64,000 nt of DNA from Spirochaetota bacterium (GCA_963663865.1 OY760686.1:800001-864000), one strand, 5' to 3'. Counted from the first letter of the stretch, positions 9,491 to 18,857 are shown. Program-made: numbers and translations. The notes: generated from the letters alone by a model not told the origin.

Positions 9491-11986
9491 TCATGCCAGG
9501 TTCCCAGAACCGGGCTTTTTCAGACTGACCGCCTTTTGCAAAGAGGCAAACAGCTCTCTGCCCAAAATAGGTTTTACCAGAACATCTGAAATTGAGAATT
9601 CCTCTGTCCTCTTTTCAATATCCGGAGTAATAAAACCTGTTATAAGAATTACTGGAATATCTGAAGAAATATCTCGTATTTCGTATATCATTTCAAGACC
9701 TGTTTTGTTTGGCATTGCGTTGTCAGAGATTATAATATCGAATCTATCTGGAACTGATTTGAACACGGCAAGGGCTTCATCGGCTGTGGAATAAGAATAA
9801 ACCGAGTAACCCTGATCATGAAGCATTCCAGCGAGAGATTCCAGCACCGGCTTCTCATCTTCTACAAGCAGCACTCTCTCGCCGCCTCCAAGTGAAGGGC
9901 TGTCGGGGGCTGTTTTGATTTTGCAGCTTTCCTCAGTCACAGGATAAAGAATAGTAAAAACTGTTCCGTGACCGGGATCGCTTTTCACAGATATGGAACC
10001 TCCACCTTTCCAGATGATTTCAGCAACGACAGCTAAGCCCAGCCCTGTGCCGCCGGAGTCCTCCCGCGTAGTATAAAATGGCTCAAATATCCTCTCAAGT
10101 TTTTCGGGGTTGATTCCGCAGCCGTTGTCGGAAAATTCTATTTTAACATACCTTCCTGGTGGGGGTTCCGCGCCATTTAAAGTATTAAAGGGGGGGATAT
10201 CGGCATCTTCGATTTTTACGCTTATTATTCCTCCTTCTCCGCTTATCGCGTTCGCCGCGTTAGTACACATATTCATGAAAATCTGATGAATCTGAACGGG
10301 GTCGGCGAGTATTTTTGAAGTGCTATATGCCTCAATTCTCAGTTCAATATCCTGAGGAATGACCGCCTTAAGGAGGCGGAACATGTCAGATAGTATGGCC
10401 CCCGGAGCGACTGGAACTTTTAAAGATTCAATCTGACGGTTGAACACTACAATTTGCTTAATTAGATCCCGTGCTCTTTCAGATATCTTGATAATCTCTC
10501 CAATATATCGGGATGCCTTTTCCGGCAGGCCGTCGACTTTAAAACTCAGTTCCGAGTACCCCAATATCGCTGCGAGGATGTTGTTGAAATTATGAGCTAT
10601 ACCAGCGGCCATTGATCCAATAGATTCAATTTGGCCTGCCTGCCTGATTTTTTTGCCGGCATTGAGCTCTAACGTGATATCTCTGCCCATAAAGAGATAA
10701 CTCCTGGTCCGTTTATCCTCGTCCTTGATGGGCAGTATCATCGAACTTACAGCAATAACACCCTTTGTGGTACTGATCTCAATCGTATCTGACCAGGATT
10801 TGCCCGAACTCAGACTTTTCTGAAATGCATCTACCTTGCTATCCGGTATCAGGCCGGAGAATAGGGGGCTGCCTTCAAGTTCTTTCTCAGATTTACCGAA
10901 AAGGCGCAATGCGGCCGGATTGGCAAAGGTGATTTGCATCTCGGAGTTTAAACCGGCTATTGCTTCATTTGTTGAGGCAGTTATCTGTTTTAGCGTCTCA
11001 TTCAATTTTTCCACTGGAATGGCTATTCGGCGTGTAAAGAGCCCGGCAGCAATCAGCGTTAAAACAAGAAAAAGAAGCCCGCTTACAGATATTGAAGTCG
11101 TTACCTCTAAGAGTGGTTTCATTATCTCGTCCTTGTTCTGGGTGAAAACTGCATTCCAGCTTCCCGGATAGACGGGTGTAATTCCGCAAATTTTTGTAGT
11201 GCCCATAAAGGAGTATTCAGCTGATCCGCTCATACCTTTTCCCATTATTTCAAGAATAGGTCTGATTCCAGGGTCGATGCTAAGTGCCGGTTTCATGATT
11301 AATTCTGATACTGGATGAGCGAGAACAAGTCCGTCAGAATTTGTTATCAGCGCGTAGCCGCTTTCACCTATTTTGGAATCACGGATGATTTCAAGCAGAT
11401 TCTCAAGACGAAGCGACAACGCGCACAGGCCGAGAAAAGTGTCACCTTTGAATATTGGGGCTGAAACAATAATTATCGTCCACGAAGTGTAGCGCGATAT
11501 GAGAGGCCCGGCTATTGTGGGGAGCCCCATTTTTGCACGTTTAAAGTACTCTCTGTCGGATAAGTCAAGATACGTCGTTTTTCTGTCGCCGATCATCTGC
11601 ATTCTGAGGATGCCGTTTCTGTCGGTGATGAACAGGTTGTTGTAACCTTTTCCGATTTTGTCTAATACCGGCCTTAAGCAGGTGTTCATCGTGGAATACT
11701 GCCCTGAAGCAAGTGACTCAACAATCACAGGGTCTGATGATATTGCTGAAGCAATCTTGATTTCCTGGTTGAAGCGAGTCCTTACTATTTCAGCAACGCT
11801 CCGGGATATCCTTAATGCGTCATTCCTCGCGTTATTTGAAAGGGACTTCGAGAGAGCAATCTGAAGGGCTATTCCGAGCGAGAAAAAGAGAAACACTATA
11901 AGTACTATAGCCTGCAAAAACAGCCGGGCTCTCAAAGGAAGTCCGTGCAGATGTTCCATAAGAATCCTGTAACGCTTTTTGATCAT
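9491..11986 (-). CDS. Cache-PAS hybrid histidine kinase with C-terminal receiver
   Basis: DLSDREYF Cache motif, H-box GIAHNFNNIL, HATPase boxes, receiver VLLVEDE...IISDNAMP...KP. Start set at ATG 11986 (GGAG upstream). Confidence 0.92.
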   Translation of the reverse strand: MIKKRYRILMEHLHGLPLRARLFLQAIVLIVFLFFSLGIALQIALSKSLSNNARNDALRISRSVAEIVRTRFNQEIKIASAISSDPVIVESLASGQYSTMNTCLRPVLDKIGKGYNNLFITDRNGILRMQMIGDRKTTYLDLSDREYFKRAKMGLPTIAGPLISRYTSWTIIIVSAPIFKGDTFLGLCALSLRLENLLEIIRDSKIGESGYALITNSDGLVLAHPVSELIMKPALSIDPGIRPILEIMGKGMSGSAEYSFMGTTKICGITPVYPGSWNAVFTQNKDEIMKPLLEVTTSISVSGLLFLVLTLIAAGLFTRRIAIPVEKLNETLKQITASTNEAIAGLNSEMQITFANPAALRLFGKSEKELEGSPLFSGLIPDSKVDAFQKSLSSGKSWSDTIEISTTKGVIAVSSMILPIKDEDKRTRSYLFMGRDITLELNAGKKIRQAGQIESIGSMAAGIAHNFNNILAAILGYSELSFKVDGLPEKASRYIGEIIKISERARDLIKQIVVFNRQIESLKVPVAPGAILSDMFRLLKAVIPQDIELRIEAYSTSKILADPVQIHQIFMNMCTNAANAISGEGGIISVKIEDADIPPFNTLNGAEPPPGRYVKIEFSDNGCGINPEKLERIFEPFYTTREDSGGTGLGLAVVAEIIWKGGGSISVKSDPGHGTVFTILYPVTEESCKIKTAPDSPSLGGGERVLLVEDEKPVLESLAGMLHDQGYSVYSYSTADEALAVFKSVPDRFDIIISDNAMPNKTGLEMIYEIRDISSDIPVILITGFITPDIEKRTEEFSISDVLVKPILGRELFASLQKAVSLKKPGSGNLA

Positions 11987-12418
11987 CCGGGCTCCAGGGG
12001 GATATAAAGGAACTTGCAAGATATGAATTATATAGTATAAGTTTTATGATGTCAATTTGTTTGTTGGGGAATAATCCGTGGGGATTATGAGTCTTTAAGA
12101 GTGAATCTCCACGAGCAGTACCACTCTTCCGGTCTTGACAGTTCTTTCTCTTTACATGGTTGCCTCCATTTCATTCAAGCAATGCTGTGGCCTTTTTTCG
12201 ATTAAATCAAGGTGATATTTTTTATGCATTAGGTGCTGAGGGGAAAACATTAAATAATACAGGTTTAAATTGCTTGTTGGAGAATTTCCCTTGCGGAATT
12301 TGGTATTCGAGTAAACTATTATCAATATGATCTGTCTGGCTGCGTGTGAATTTGAGTGGTTTTGAGTTCATTAAAGCAATCTCAGAGGGCGGTTTTGTCG
12401 CGGTGAGGGCGGTGAAAA

Positions 12419-12757
12419 ATGGATAATATGATTAAACGTATTCTTGAGGCTGCTGAGATCCTCGAACTGGGTGAAAAGGCCAGTCTTGTGGATATCAACC
12501 GGAAGTATAAAAATCTGCTGTTTAAGTGGCACCCTGACCGCTGCCGTAATAACATGGCTGAATGCAGGGCTATGACCGAAAAGGTCATCGAAGCGCACAG
12601 GGTTTTGACTGAATACTGTTGTAGTCAAAGCTTTTCCTTCAAAGAGGAAGATATCAGCTGCTTAGATGATTCGGATATGGATCCGGATGAGTTCTGGCAG
12701 CGTAAGTTTGGGCATGATCCGCACTGGGGCTACCCGGGACACGGACGCGGGAAATAG
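12419..12757 (+). CDS. Small J-domain (DnaJ-like) protein
   Basis: ILELGEKAS...YKNLLFKWHPD with intact HPD. C-terminal FWQRKFGHDPHWG. Confidence 0.85.
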   Translation: MDNMIKRILEAAEILELGEKASLVDINRKYKNLLFKWHPDRCRNNMAECRAMTEKVIEAHRVLTEYCCSQSFSFKEEDISCLDDSDMDPDEFWQRKFGHDPHWGYPGHGRGK

Positions 12758-13041
12758 CACTGTGTGAAGCGTGTTTGATATGTCTTGTACCTATATATAT
12801 AGCCGGGAGCTTTTTCAGATGATTCCGGCAAAATCAGAAAATAATTAATATTTTTCAACCTCTGCTGGCAAATTGAGAGTGTTGCATAATGGATACATGG
12901 TTGATTAAAAGCAACAGTTTTTCCGCATGATTGGTTGTTTTGTAACTTTGGCCCTCTTTTCTCTCTTTTTTTACACTTGTAACCCCTTGAAAAATCAGGA
13001 GATATGAAATAGTTATAAAATTGCGTGTTTGTCGGGAATGT

Positions 13042-13057
13042 TGGCATAAATATTGCT
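13042..13057 (+). promoter_or_regulatory. Sigma54 (-24/-12) promoter upstream of ino1
   Basis: TGGCATAAATATTGCT matches TGGCAC-N5-TTGCW with exact GG-N10-GC spacing, about 115 nt before the start codon. Confidence 0.7.
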
Positions 13058-13171
13058 TAAATTGTAGTAGCAGATTGTGGCGATGCCGCGATTAATTATG
13101 CGTGAAAAATCGGGAAGCGGATTCGCTTCCTTTAATATTGTTTAAGACAGGTGATTTTTGGAGGATCATTC

Positions 13172-14458
13172 GTGGAAAGAAAAGCAAAAATAAAAGTTGG
13201 TATTGTGGGCGTGGGAAACTGCGCGAAATCTCTTGTTGAGGGAATTCAGTACTATGTACAGAATCCGGAAGATAAAGTTGGCCTTATGTACGAGGATATC
13301 GGCGGATATACGGTTAATGACATTGAGTTCGTAATCGGATTTGACGTTGACAGCCGCAAGGTAAACCGTCCGCTCGCGGAGGCGCTTAGAGCCGCGCCTA
13401 ACTGCGCGATGGATCATGTCGGGGAAATTGACAACACCTGTGTCGCAAAGGGAGCAATGGTTTACTGTACACCGGTTCTTGACGGTGTGGCGGACTACAT
13501 GCTTGAGTATCCCGAGGATGTTTCATTCAGGGTCTGCAATGACGGAGAGAAAAAAGCCGAAGAGATTATTGAGCTTATTAAAAAAGCAGGCGTTGATGTA
13601 CTTATAAACTACCTGCCCGTTGGCTCTGAAGAGGGCACGAGGTTCTGGGTGGATGTCGCGATTAAGGCGGGCGTTCACTTTGTAAACTGTATCCCGACTC
13701 TTATCGCAACCAGGGACACTCAGGAAATTGAGCAGCGCTTCATTGACGCTGGACTTACAATTGTCGGATCCGATATGAGATCCGCGTGGGGTTCATCACG
13801 CATGTCCGAGGTTCTTCAGGGAGCCATGCTTGACTCTGGTCTTGTTGTTACACAGCATATTCAGATGAACATGGCGTCGGGAAGTACTCAGGGACAGGAA
13901 AATGTGCGCACGGGAAGGACTGCAAATACAGATTTTCTCAATATGTCGAGACAGTATCGACTTGAAAATAAACATATCTCAAAGGAAAACGTTCTCAAGG
14001 GTCAGAATATTGTAAGAAATGAATCGATAAGCGGCATGACTCTTTTCGCGGGACCATCGCTCACCGTTCAGCAAAAGCCCGGCGGAAAGTATGTAGGCTC
14101 AGATAACAAGGTCGCCAACTTTGATATTATCGCTTACGGATTTGCTGGGGCCCGCTATGAGCTGACTGCCCGTCTGTCAGTTCAGGACTCGCCGAACTCG
14201 GGCGGGGTTGTAGTGTCAGCTATCCGCTTTTGCAAGGTGGCTTCAGAAATGGGAATCGTCGGTTTTCTCAGAGGTCCTTCAGCGTGGACTCAGAAAACTC
14301 CGCCGCTGCAGCTTCGAACAAGCGATGCGAAGTTTGAATGTGACGCGCTTGCCCGGAGGACATTTACTGACCTTACAACTCCTCAAAAGAAGGAGAATAA
14401 TCCAAAGGCAAAAGACCTTCCTTTTACTTTTCAGGACAGTAAAAACGATTATCAGTGA
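13172..14458 (+). CDS. ino1: myo-inositol-1-phosphate synthase
   Basis: VGIVGVGNCAKSLVEG, NYLPVGSEE, FVNCIP, NTDFLNM, LSVQDSPNSGG. GTG 13172 follows SD GGAGGA. Confidence 0.9.
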   Translation: MERKAKIKVGIVGVGNCAKSLVEGIQYYVQNPEDKVGLMYEDIGGYTVNDIEFVIGFDVDSRKVNRPLAEALRAAPNCAMDHVGEIDNTCVAKGAMVYCTPVLDGVADYMLEYPEDVSFRVCNDGEKKAEEIIELIKKAGVDVLINYLPVGSEEGTRFWVDVAIKAGVHFVNCIPTLIATRDTQEIEQRFIDAGLTIVGSDMRSAWGSSRMSEVLQGAMLDSGLVVTQHIQMNMASGSTQGQENVRTGRTANTDFLNMSRQYRLENKHISKENVLKGQNIVRNESISGMTLFAGPSLTVQQKPGGKYVGSDNKVANFDIIAYGFAGARYELTARLSVQDSPNSGGVVVSAIRFCKVASEMGIVGFLRGPSAWTQKTPPLQLRTSDAKFECDALARRTFTDLTTPQKKENNPKAKDLPFTFQDSKNDYQ

Positions 14459-14484
14459 AATGAAATAAAGATTTTAATATGAAA

Positions 14485-14528
14485 ACAAAAGAGAGCTGGG
14501 TCGGTATGCCGACCCAGCTCTCTTTTGT
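14485..14528. terminator. Bidirectional intrinsic terminator
   Basis: Perfect 20-bp inverted repeat ACAAAAGAGAGCTGGGTCGG-TATG-CCGACCCAGCTCTCTTTTGT between convergent genes. Confidence 0.85.
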
Positions 14529-14628
14529 GTAATATGCAATGCCTCGTTGAGATATAGAAAAGCAGTTCTGCTATACAATAGGCATTGCTATGTGAGAAGA
14601 AAAATAGACTTTTTAACCTGGAATAAAA

Positions 14629-14904
14629 CTACTTAACTGATATCTTCCCACCAGAAATCTCAATTGTCTCACCGCCTCTCAGCGTGACAGTGCTGCCGCC
14701 GAGTGTGACTGTACATGGCCCGGATCCCTGTATTGTAGCTGATGCAGTCCTGCTTGAACCAAATGAAACAGTTTTAGAGGATCCGCTGCAAACTGCGCTG
14801 GCAGTATAATCTCTGGAGTCCTTGTTGTAATAGCGGACAGTTACACCGGCAAATGCTGCGATAGCAAAGCAAAGGACAAAGAATGCGCAAAATAACTTTT
14901 TCAT
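14629..14904 (-). CDS. Small secreted beta-rich hypothetical protein
   Basis: Signal peptide MKKLF...AAFA, SD GAGGTG. Mature part is Ser/Gly/Thr-rich with two Cys. Confidence 0.8.
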   Translation of the reverse strand: MKKLFCAFFVLCFAIAAFAGVTVRYYNKDSRDYTASAVCSGSSKTVSFGSSRTASATIQGSGPCTVTLGGSTVTLRGGETIEISGGKISVK

Positions 14905-15057
14905 ACTTTCACCTCGTGTGATTTTATAATATTAGTTACTTTAACCTGGTGTCTAAAATAAATCAACTATAATATTTAAAATATCTTACAATGGAGCAAG
15001 CATGATTACACAAGCGATATTATAGGCCATAAAAAGTCTTCATCTAGAGACAATCCA

Positions 15058-16290
15058 TTATTCATTCTTTGAAATCCGGGAGGAAGCCTTTTGCTCCAGG
15101 CTTATTCGCCTGAAGTCCGCCGGTGTAATCTTCATGTGCTTGTTGAAAACCCTGTAGAAAGTACCAAGGTGATCAAAACCGCAGTCATTCGCTACTTGGC
15201 AGATTGACTTGTCTGTGTGCACTATATCATTCGCAGCTTTATCAATTCTCAGCCCGTAAATGTAATCAATCAGCTTTGTCCCGGTGTAAAGCTTGAAATA
15301 TCTGCCGAGATTGTCCGGGTTTATTCCGACCATTTCAGCCAGTCCTTCACGTGAAATATTTCTATTGTAGTTATTATTTATGTATTCTATTGTTGATTTA
15401 ATCTTTTCTCTGGTGGTTTCTGTAATTTTCCATGAAGGAAACTTTTTTTGTTCTTTCAGGACATCAACTGTTTTTTCACGATTAATATATCTTTTATATG
15501 CATTTATGTAGTTTGACTTGATTCTTAACACAAGAAAAGGGATAAACAATAAAATAATGGAACATGCAAGCACCGAAAAGTATTTCAGTATATTGAAGTT
15601 TTTTGAATACAGCTTCATGCGGTAATCTGACAATGAGATGTGGACTGTGCCGATGGTCTTTCCTCTGTAGTCGATATTTTCCGAAAATCTGAATGTTGTT
15701 CCTTCGGGGTAGCGCCTGTTATATTTTGCTATTGAATATCCCGCCGTGTCAACTATCTCTAAACTTGTGATATCTTTATCTCTAAAAAACGAGGCTGTAC
15801 TCTTCACAATAAGATCAGTATTGTAGTTCCAGAGGTTGAACATATTTGCGGCAATCAAGGCGTTGAGTATTTTTTTTGCTTTTTCATGGACTCGAAGGTC
15901 GGAAACGCCAATTTCATAGTAGCCTGAAATAAATCCGCCCACTTTGAGTTCGCCTTTTTTAGAAACAACAGAACTAATTCCGTTATCGCACTGGAAAATT
16001 GAATTATTGTTTTCATCGTATACTTTGATATAAGCAATCTCTCTATTCTTGCAAAAGGGTTGTATGTCATCTTGTACTGACTCATAATCTTTGGTGTTAA
16101 CTGAAAAGGCGGACATACTTGATATTTGATTGAGGTAGTTCGTTACCTTGTCGTCAAGAGCGGAGGACTCCGAGTCGGCGTAGTGCAGTGTAAACGCGAA
16201 TATCATCAAAAAAACAAGCGCCGACAATATGAGTGCCGCGAATAAAAGCTTGTTGTTAGAAAAGATAACTTTTAACATAGAGGTGTCCAT
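15058..16290 (-). CDS. Membrane-anchored AraC-family regulator with periplasmic sensor domain (copy 1)
   Basis: TM1, about 200-aa extracytoplasmic domain, TM2, AraC HTH (ISREGLAEMVGINPDNLGRYFK...CGFDHLGTFYRVFNKHMKITPADFR). Confidence 0.88.
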   Translation of the reverse strand: MDTSMLKVIFSNNKLLFAALILSALVFLMIFAFTLHYADSESSALDDKVTNYLNQISSMSAFSVNTKDYESVQDDIQPFCKNREIAYIKVYDENNNSIFQCDNGISSVVSKKGELKVGGFISGYYEIGVSDLRVHEKAKKILNALIAANMFNLWNYNTDLIVKSTASFFRDKDITSLEIVDTAGYSIAKYNRRYPEGTTFRFSENIDYRGKTIGTVHISLSDYRMKLYSKNFNILKYFSVLACSIILLFIPFLVLRIKSNYINAYKRYINREKTVDVLKEQKKFPSWKITETTREKIKSTIEYINNNYNRNISREGLAEMVGINPDNLGRYFKLYTGTKLIDYIYGLRIDKAANDIVHTDKSICQVANDCGFDHLGTFYRVFNKHMKITPADFRRISLEQKASSRISKNE

Positions 16291-16429
16291 TTAATATCCT
16301 TATTGGAATAAGCTTTGCATAGAAAAATATCATACAAAAAAGACAATGCGATATGTCGAAGAATATAAGCAAATCTGAAAATGTGCATGTTTTAATATGC
16401 AGCTCTGTCTCCCAATTCAGGTAGAGAAG

Positions 16430-17614
16430 CTAATCTGGATTTTTATCAACTCTGATTATACGTTCATAGGAAAAATCATATTTTGCTAACCTATTGTTGT
16501 AAACCCTGGAATAGATTTTAAAATCAATTTTTTTTAGATTGCTCTCGCTCAGCGTTTTGAATATCTGCAGGCTGTTGTTTTTTGTTGCCGCAAGCAGTCT
16601 TGTCTTAAACTGTGTTTTGATGTCCGCAAAGTCCTTCCCGTTTAAATAATCGTAAACAAGTACCAGAGCAAAAGCTCCGTCGAGAATATGCCCCCCCATG
16701 CTTATTGTCATATTCCCGGCATCAATTTCATTAAGAGCATCCATGCTCCAATCGAATCCACCGAAGAGTACCCTGTCTCCGCCGCTTAGATCGAGTTGTA
16801 TGGCCTCTTTCGCTGCTGCAACTGCCAACACATCAGCCGCGCACCACAAAACATCAACACGCGGATAACGGCTCTTTTTGATATAGAAAAATTTATTATT
16901 TGCGTCCTGAGGCTCATAGTTACTGGTAAAGAACTGAAGAAGTTCGGCATTACTATCTTCGGCAACTGCCTGTTGCAGGCCTTTCAGCCGGTCTATCGAG
17001 GCATTGTCAGCGGAAGTACCGGCAAGACCAACCAGTGTTATCTTTTGCTTGTTTTTTATTTGTCGCGCACGGCCTATGAGCAGCTTTGCCAGTTCATATC
17101 CTCCGAGGACGTCGTCGGGAACCAGCTCGCCTATCCAGTAGCGGAAACTTTGGCGGGGTATCCCCATTGCTTTTTTTACCGAATTAGTGTTTATTATAAA
17201 GTAGGGTACTCTGTGAGACTCGCATAATTCGGATGTTATTATTGAGCTGGGAAAGTGATTGATAAATATGAAAGCCCCGGGATGGTCGGTTTTAATTATT
17301 GAAGCGATTTTTTTCTTCTGTCCCGTTTGGCCTATTGGGAGAAGTTTGACCATGAAATCAATATTCAAATCTTCAGATGCGTATTTCATTATATCAATGA
17401 GTTTTTTGTGAAAGGGAGACCCCTTAAAAATACTATCAATATCAGCTTCATCGTTCAGATCATCCTCATTTCCCCAGGGGAATAGCATACGAATGGTTAT
17501 CTTGTGTGCGGGTTCTATATTTTTATCCGGTCTGCATGAGGACAACAATATGGATATGCCCAGGAGAAAAGCAACGACAGTCATTCCATACATTGACGGG
17601 GAAGAAAATTTCAC
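16430..17614 (-). CDS. Type I (sugar-binding-like) periplasmic binding lipoprotein (copy 1)
   Basis: Lipobox LSSC. WIGELVPDDVLGGYELAKLL, ASIDRLKGL, GGFDWS, GGH motifs. Confidence 0.85.
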   Translation of the reverse strand: MKFSSPSMYGMTVVAFLLGISILLSSCRPDKNIEPAHKITIRMLFPWGNEDDLNDEADIDSIFKGSPFHKKLIDIMKYASEDLNIDFMVKLLPIGQTGQKKKIASIIKTDHPGAFIFINHFPSSIITSELCESHRVPYFIINTNSVKKAMGIPRQSFRYWIGELVPDDVLGGYELAKLLIGRARQIKNKQKITLVGLAGTSADNASIDRLKGLQQAVAEDSNAELLQFFTSNYEPQDANNKFFYIKKSRYPRVDVLWCAADVLAVAAAKEAIQLDLSGGDRVLFGGFDWSMDALNEIDAGNMTISMGGHILDGAFALVLVYDYLNGKDFADIKTQFKTRLLAATKNNSLQIFKTLSESNLKKIDFKIYSRVYNNRLAKYDFSYERIIRVDKNPD

Positions 17615-17915
17615 ATGGCTGCTCCTAAGCGTTTATTGACGCCCGACACCCGGCTGCTGTAATACGTGACACCTTGAGCTTTTCATGAAAAAAGCACAGC
17701 TTCAATTATCTTAACAGAAAAGCTGTAATTTTAACGATGCTGTCAGTACTTTTTGCAGTTCAGTATCGCCGTTGCTTCTTTTATTTGAGATAAGAAAAAA
17801 ATTATATAAACAACATTTTAATATAAAAAATTAACCTGCTCCAGACCTTTGGGGTCATAAAAACAGGATGAGATTAGGGTTCTTCAGCAAAATAATTGAT
17901 GAAGCAGAATATGAA

Positions 17916-18398
17916 TTAATCATGCTTTATTCCCCCGAATAACTCTTTAAAACCGCTCATTCTCTCGTTGAAAACGAGTGAAAAGTATATCTTCTTCAAT
18001 GAAGATATCTTTTGTCTCGCCGAATAGTTAAATTCCGAGTAGAATGTGTAGGCCTGTCCGTCCTTCATGTCGGTCAGGAGCAAAAATATGGCAAAGGTTT
18101 TTCCTGTGTAGAAAAACCTTGATTCTTTCAGGTTCATACCAGCCTCCGCGGAGTCGTTCAGAAATATTCCAAACCGATCAAGAAGCCTTGAACCGCTGCT
18201 GCGGCCGTTAATTGATGTGTCCAGGCAATCCGTTATTATTGCTGAATACTGCGGAGAATCAAGTTTTAGGGCTCTGGCAAAGCTCTCGCTGCTGGCTTTG
18301 AGCTTCATTGCTGAAATGGGTTCTGCTATTACGGACGTTAGAGAGATCAAAACAGTAGCGAGAATGATTAACGAGCGCATAATTGGAAAAATCTTCAT
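17916..18398 (-). CDS. Hypothetical exported protein
   Basis: ORF with signal-peptide-like N-terminus from M38 of the track ORF. No family recognised. Confidence 0.6.
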   Translation of the reverse strand: MKIFPIMRSLIILATVLISLTSVIAEPISAMKLKASSESFARALKLDSPQYSAIITDCLDTSINGRSSGSRLLDRFGIFLNDSAEAGMNLKESRFFYTGKTFAIFLLLTDMKDGQAYTFYSEFNYSARQKISSLKKIYFSLVFNERMSGFKELFGGIKHD

Positions 18399-18556
18399 TA
18401 GGTCAAATACCCCCTGACTATAGATATTACAAAACCATTTCGGTGAAAAATTGCAAGGATTATTCATTGTATATTCAGAATTAAGGCTAATAAGCAATAA
18501 TTGCTCCATCTTTATTCTTCCTTCCTGATATCAGGTGCGGGAAATTCTCAAAACAG

Positions 18557-18780
18557 CCCGCCATCAAATACCGGGTAGAAACTCCATGCGGTATCATCTA
18601 TAAACATAAAAAGACAACCTATCCACATCGGGTGGTTCTGGAAAAATTACTCTTCCTACTTTTGGCGGGACGCCCGGTCAGGGCCGGGTGCCCGTATTTT
18701 TACCGGAGGAGTGAAGGTGGAGCATCCAGTGATATCTTTGCAGTTATGAATTCACGTTCTGACAGGTGTTAGCTGGATAC
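18557..18780 (+). promoter_or_regulatory. Putative structured 5' leader (possible attenuator) of the GH3 gene
   Basis: Several long stems with G-U pairs on the + strand, one followed by a T run. No known riboswitch recognised. Confidence 0.4.
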
Positions 18781-18857
18781 TGGCATGAATAATAAAAAAA
18801 CGGTAATAAAGCCGCATTTTTTATTAAATAAATCATTATTTAGGAGGAGGAATTTTA

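Noticed and set aside
12997-13012. AGGAG followed by ATG AAA TAG mini-ORF before ino1
   Set aside because: Lies upstream of the predicted sigma54 start site and the SD spacing is short. Probably chance.
17690-17730. ACAGCTT...AAGCTGT dyad and AGCTG words upstream of both binding-protein genes as a shared operator
   Set aside because: Spacing and orientation differ between the two regions, and the words are too short to support without a motif search.
18524-18563. Cobalamin riboswitch-like start (AGGTGC-GGGAA...GCCCGCC)
   Set aside because: Lacks the GGTG-AAxTCC stem and the GCAACTGT and B12-box elements. Kept only as part of the unidentified leader.
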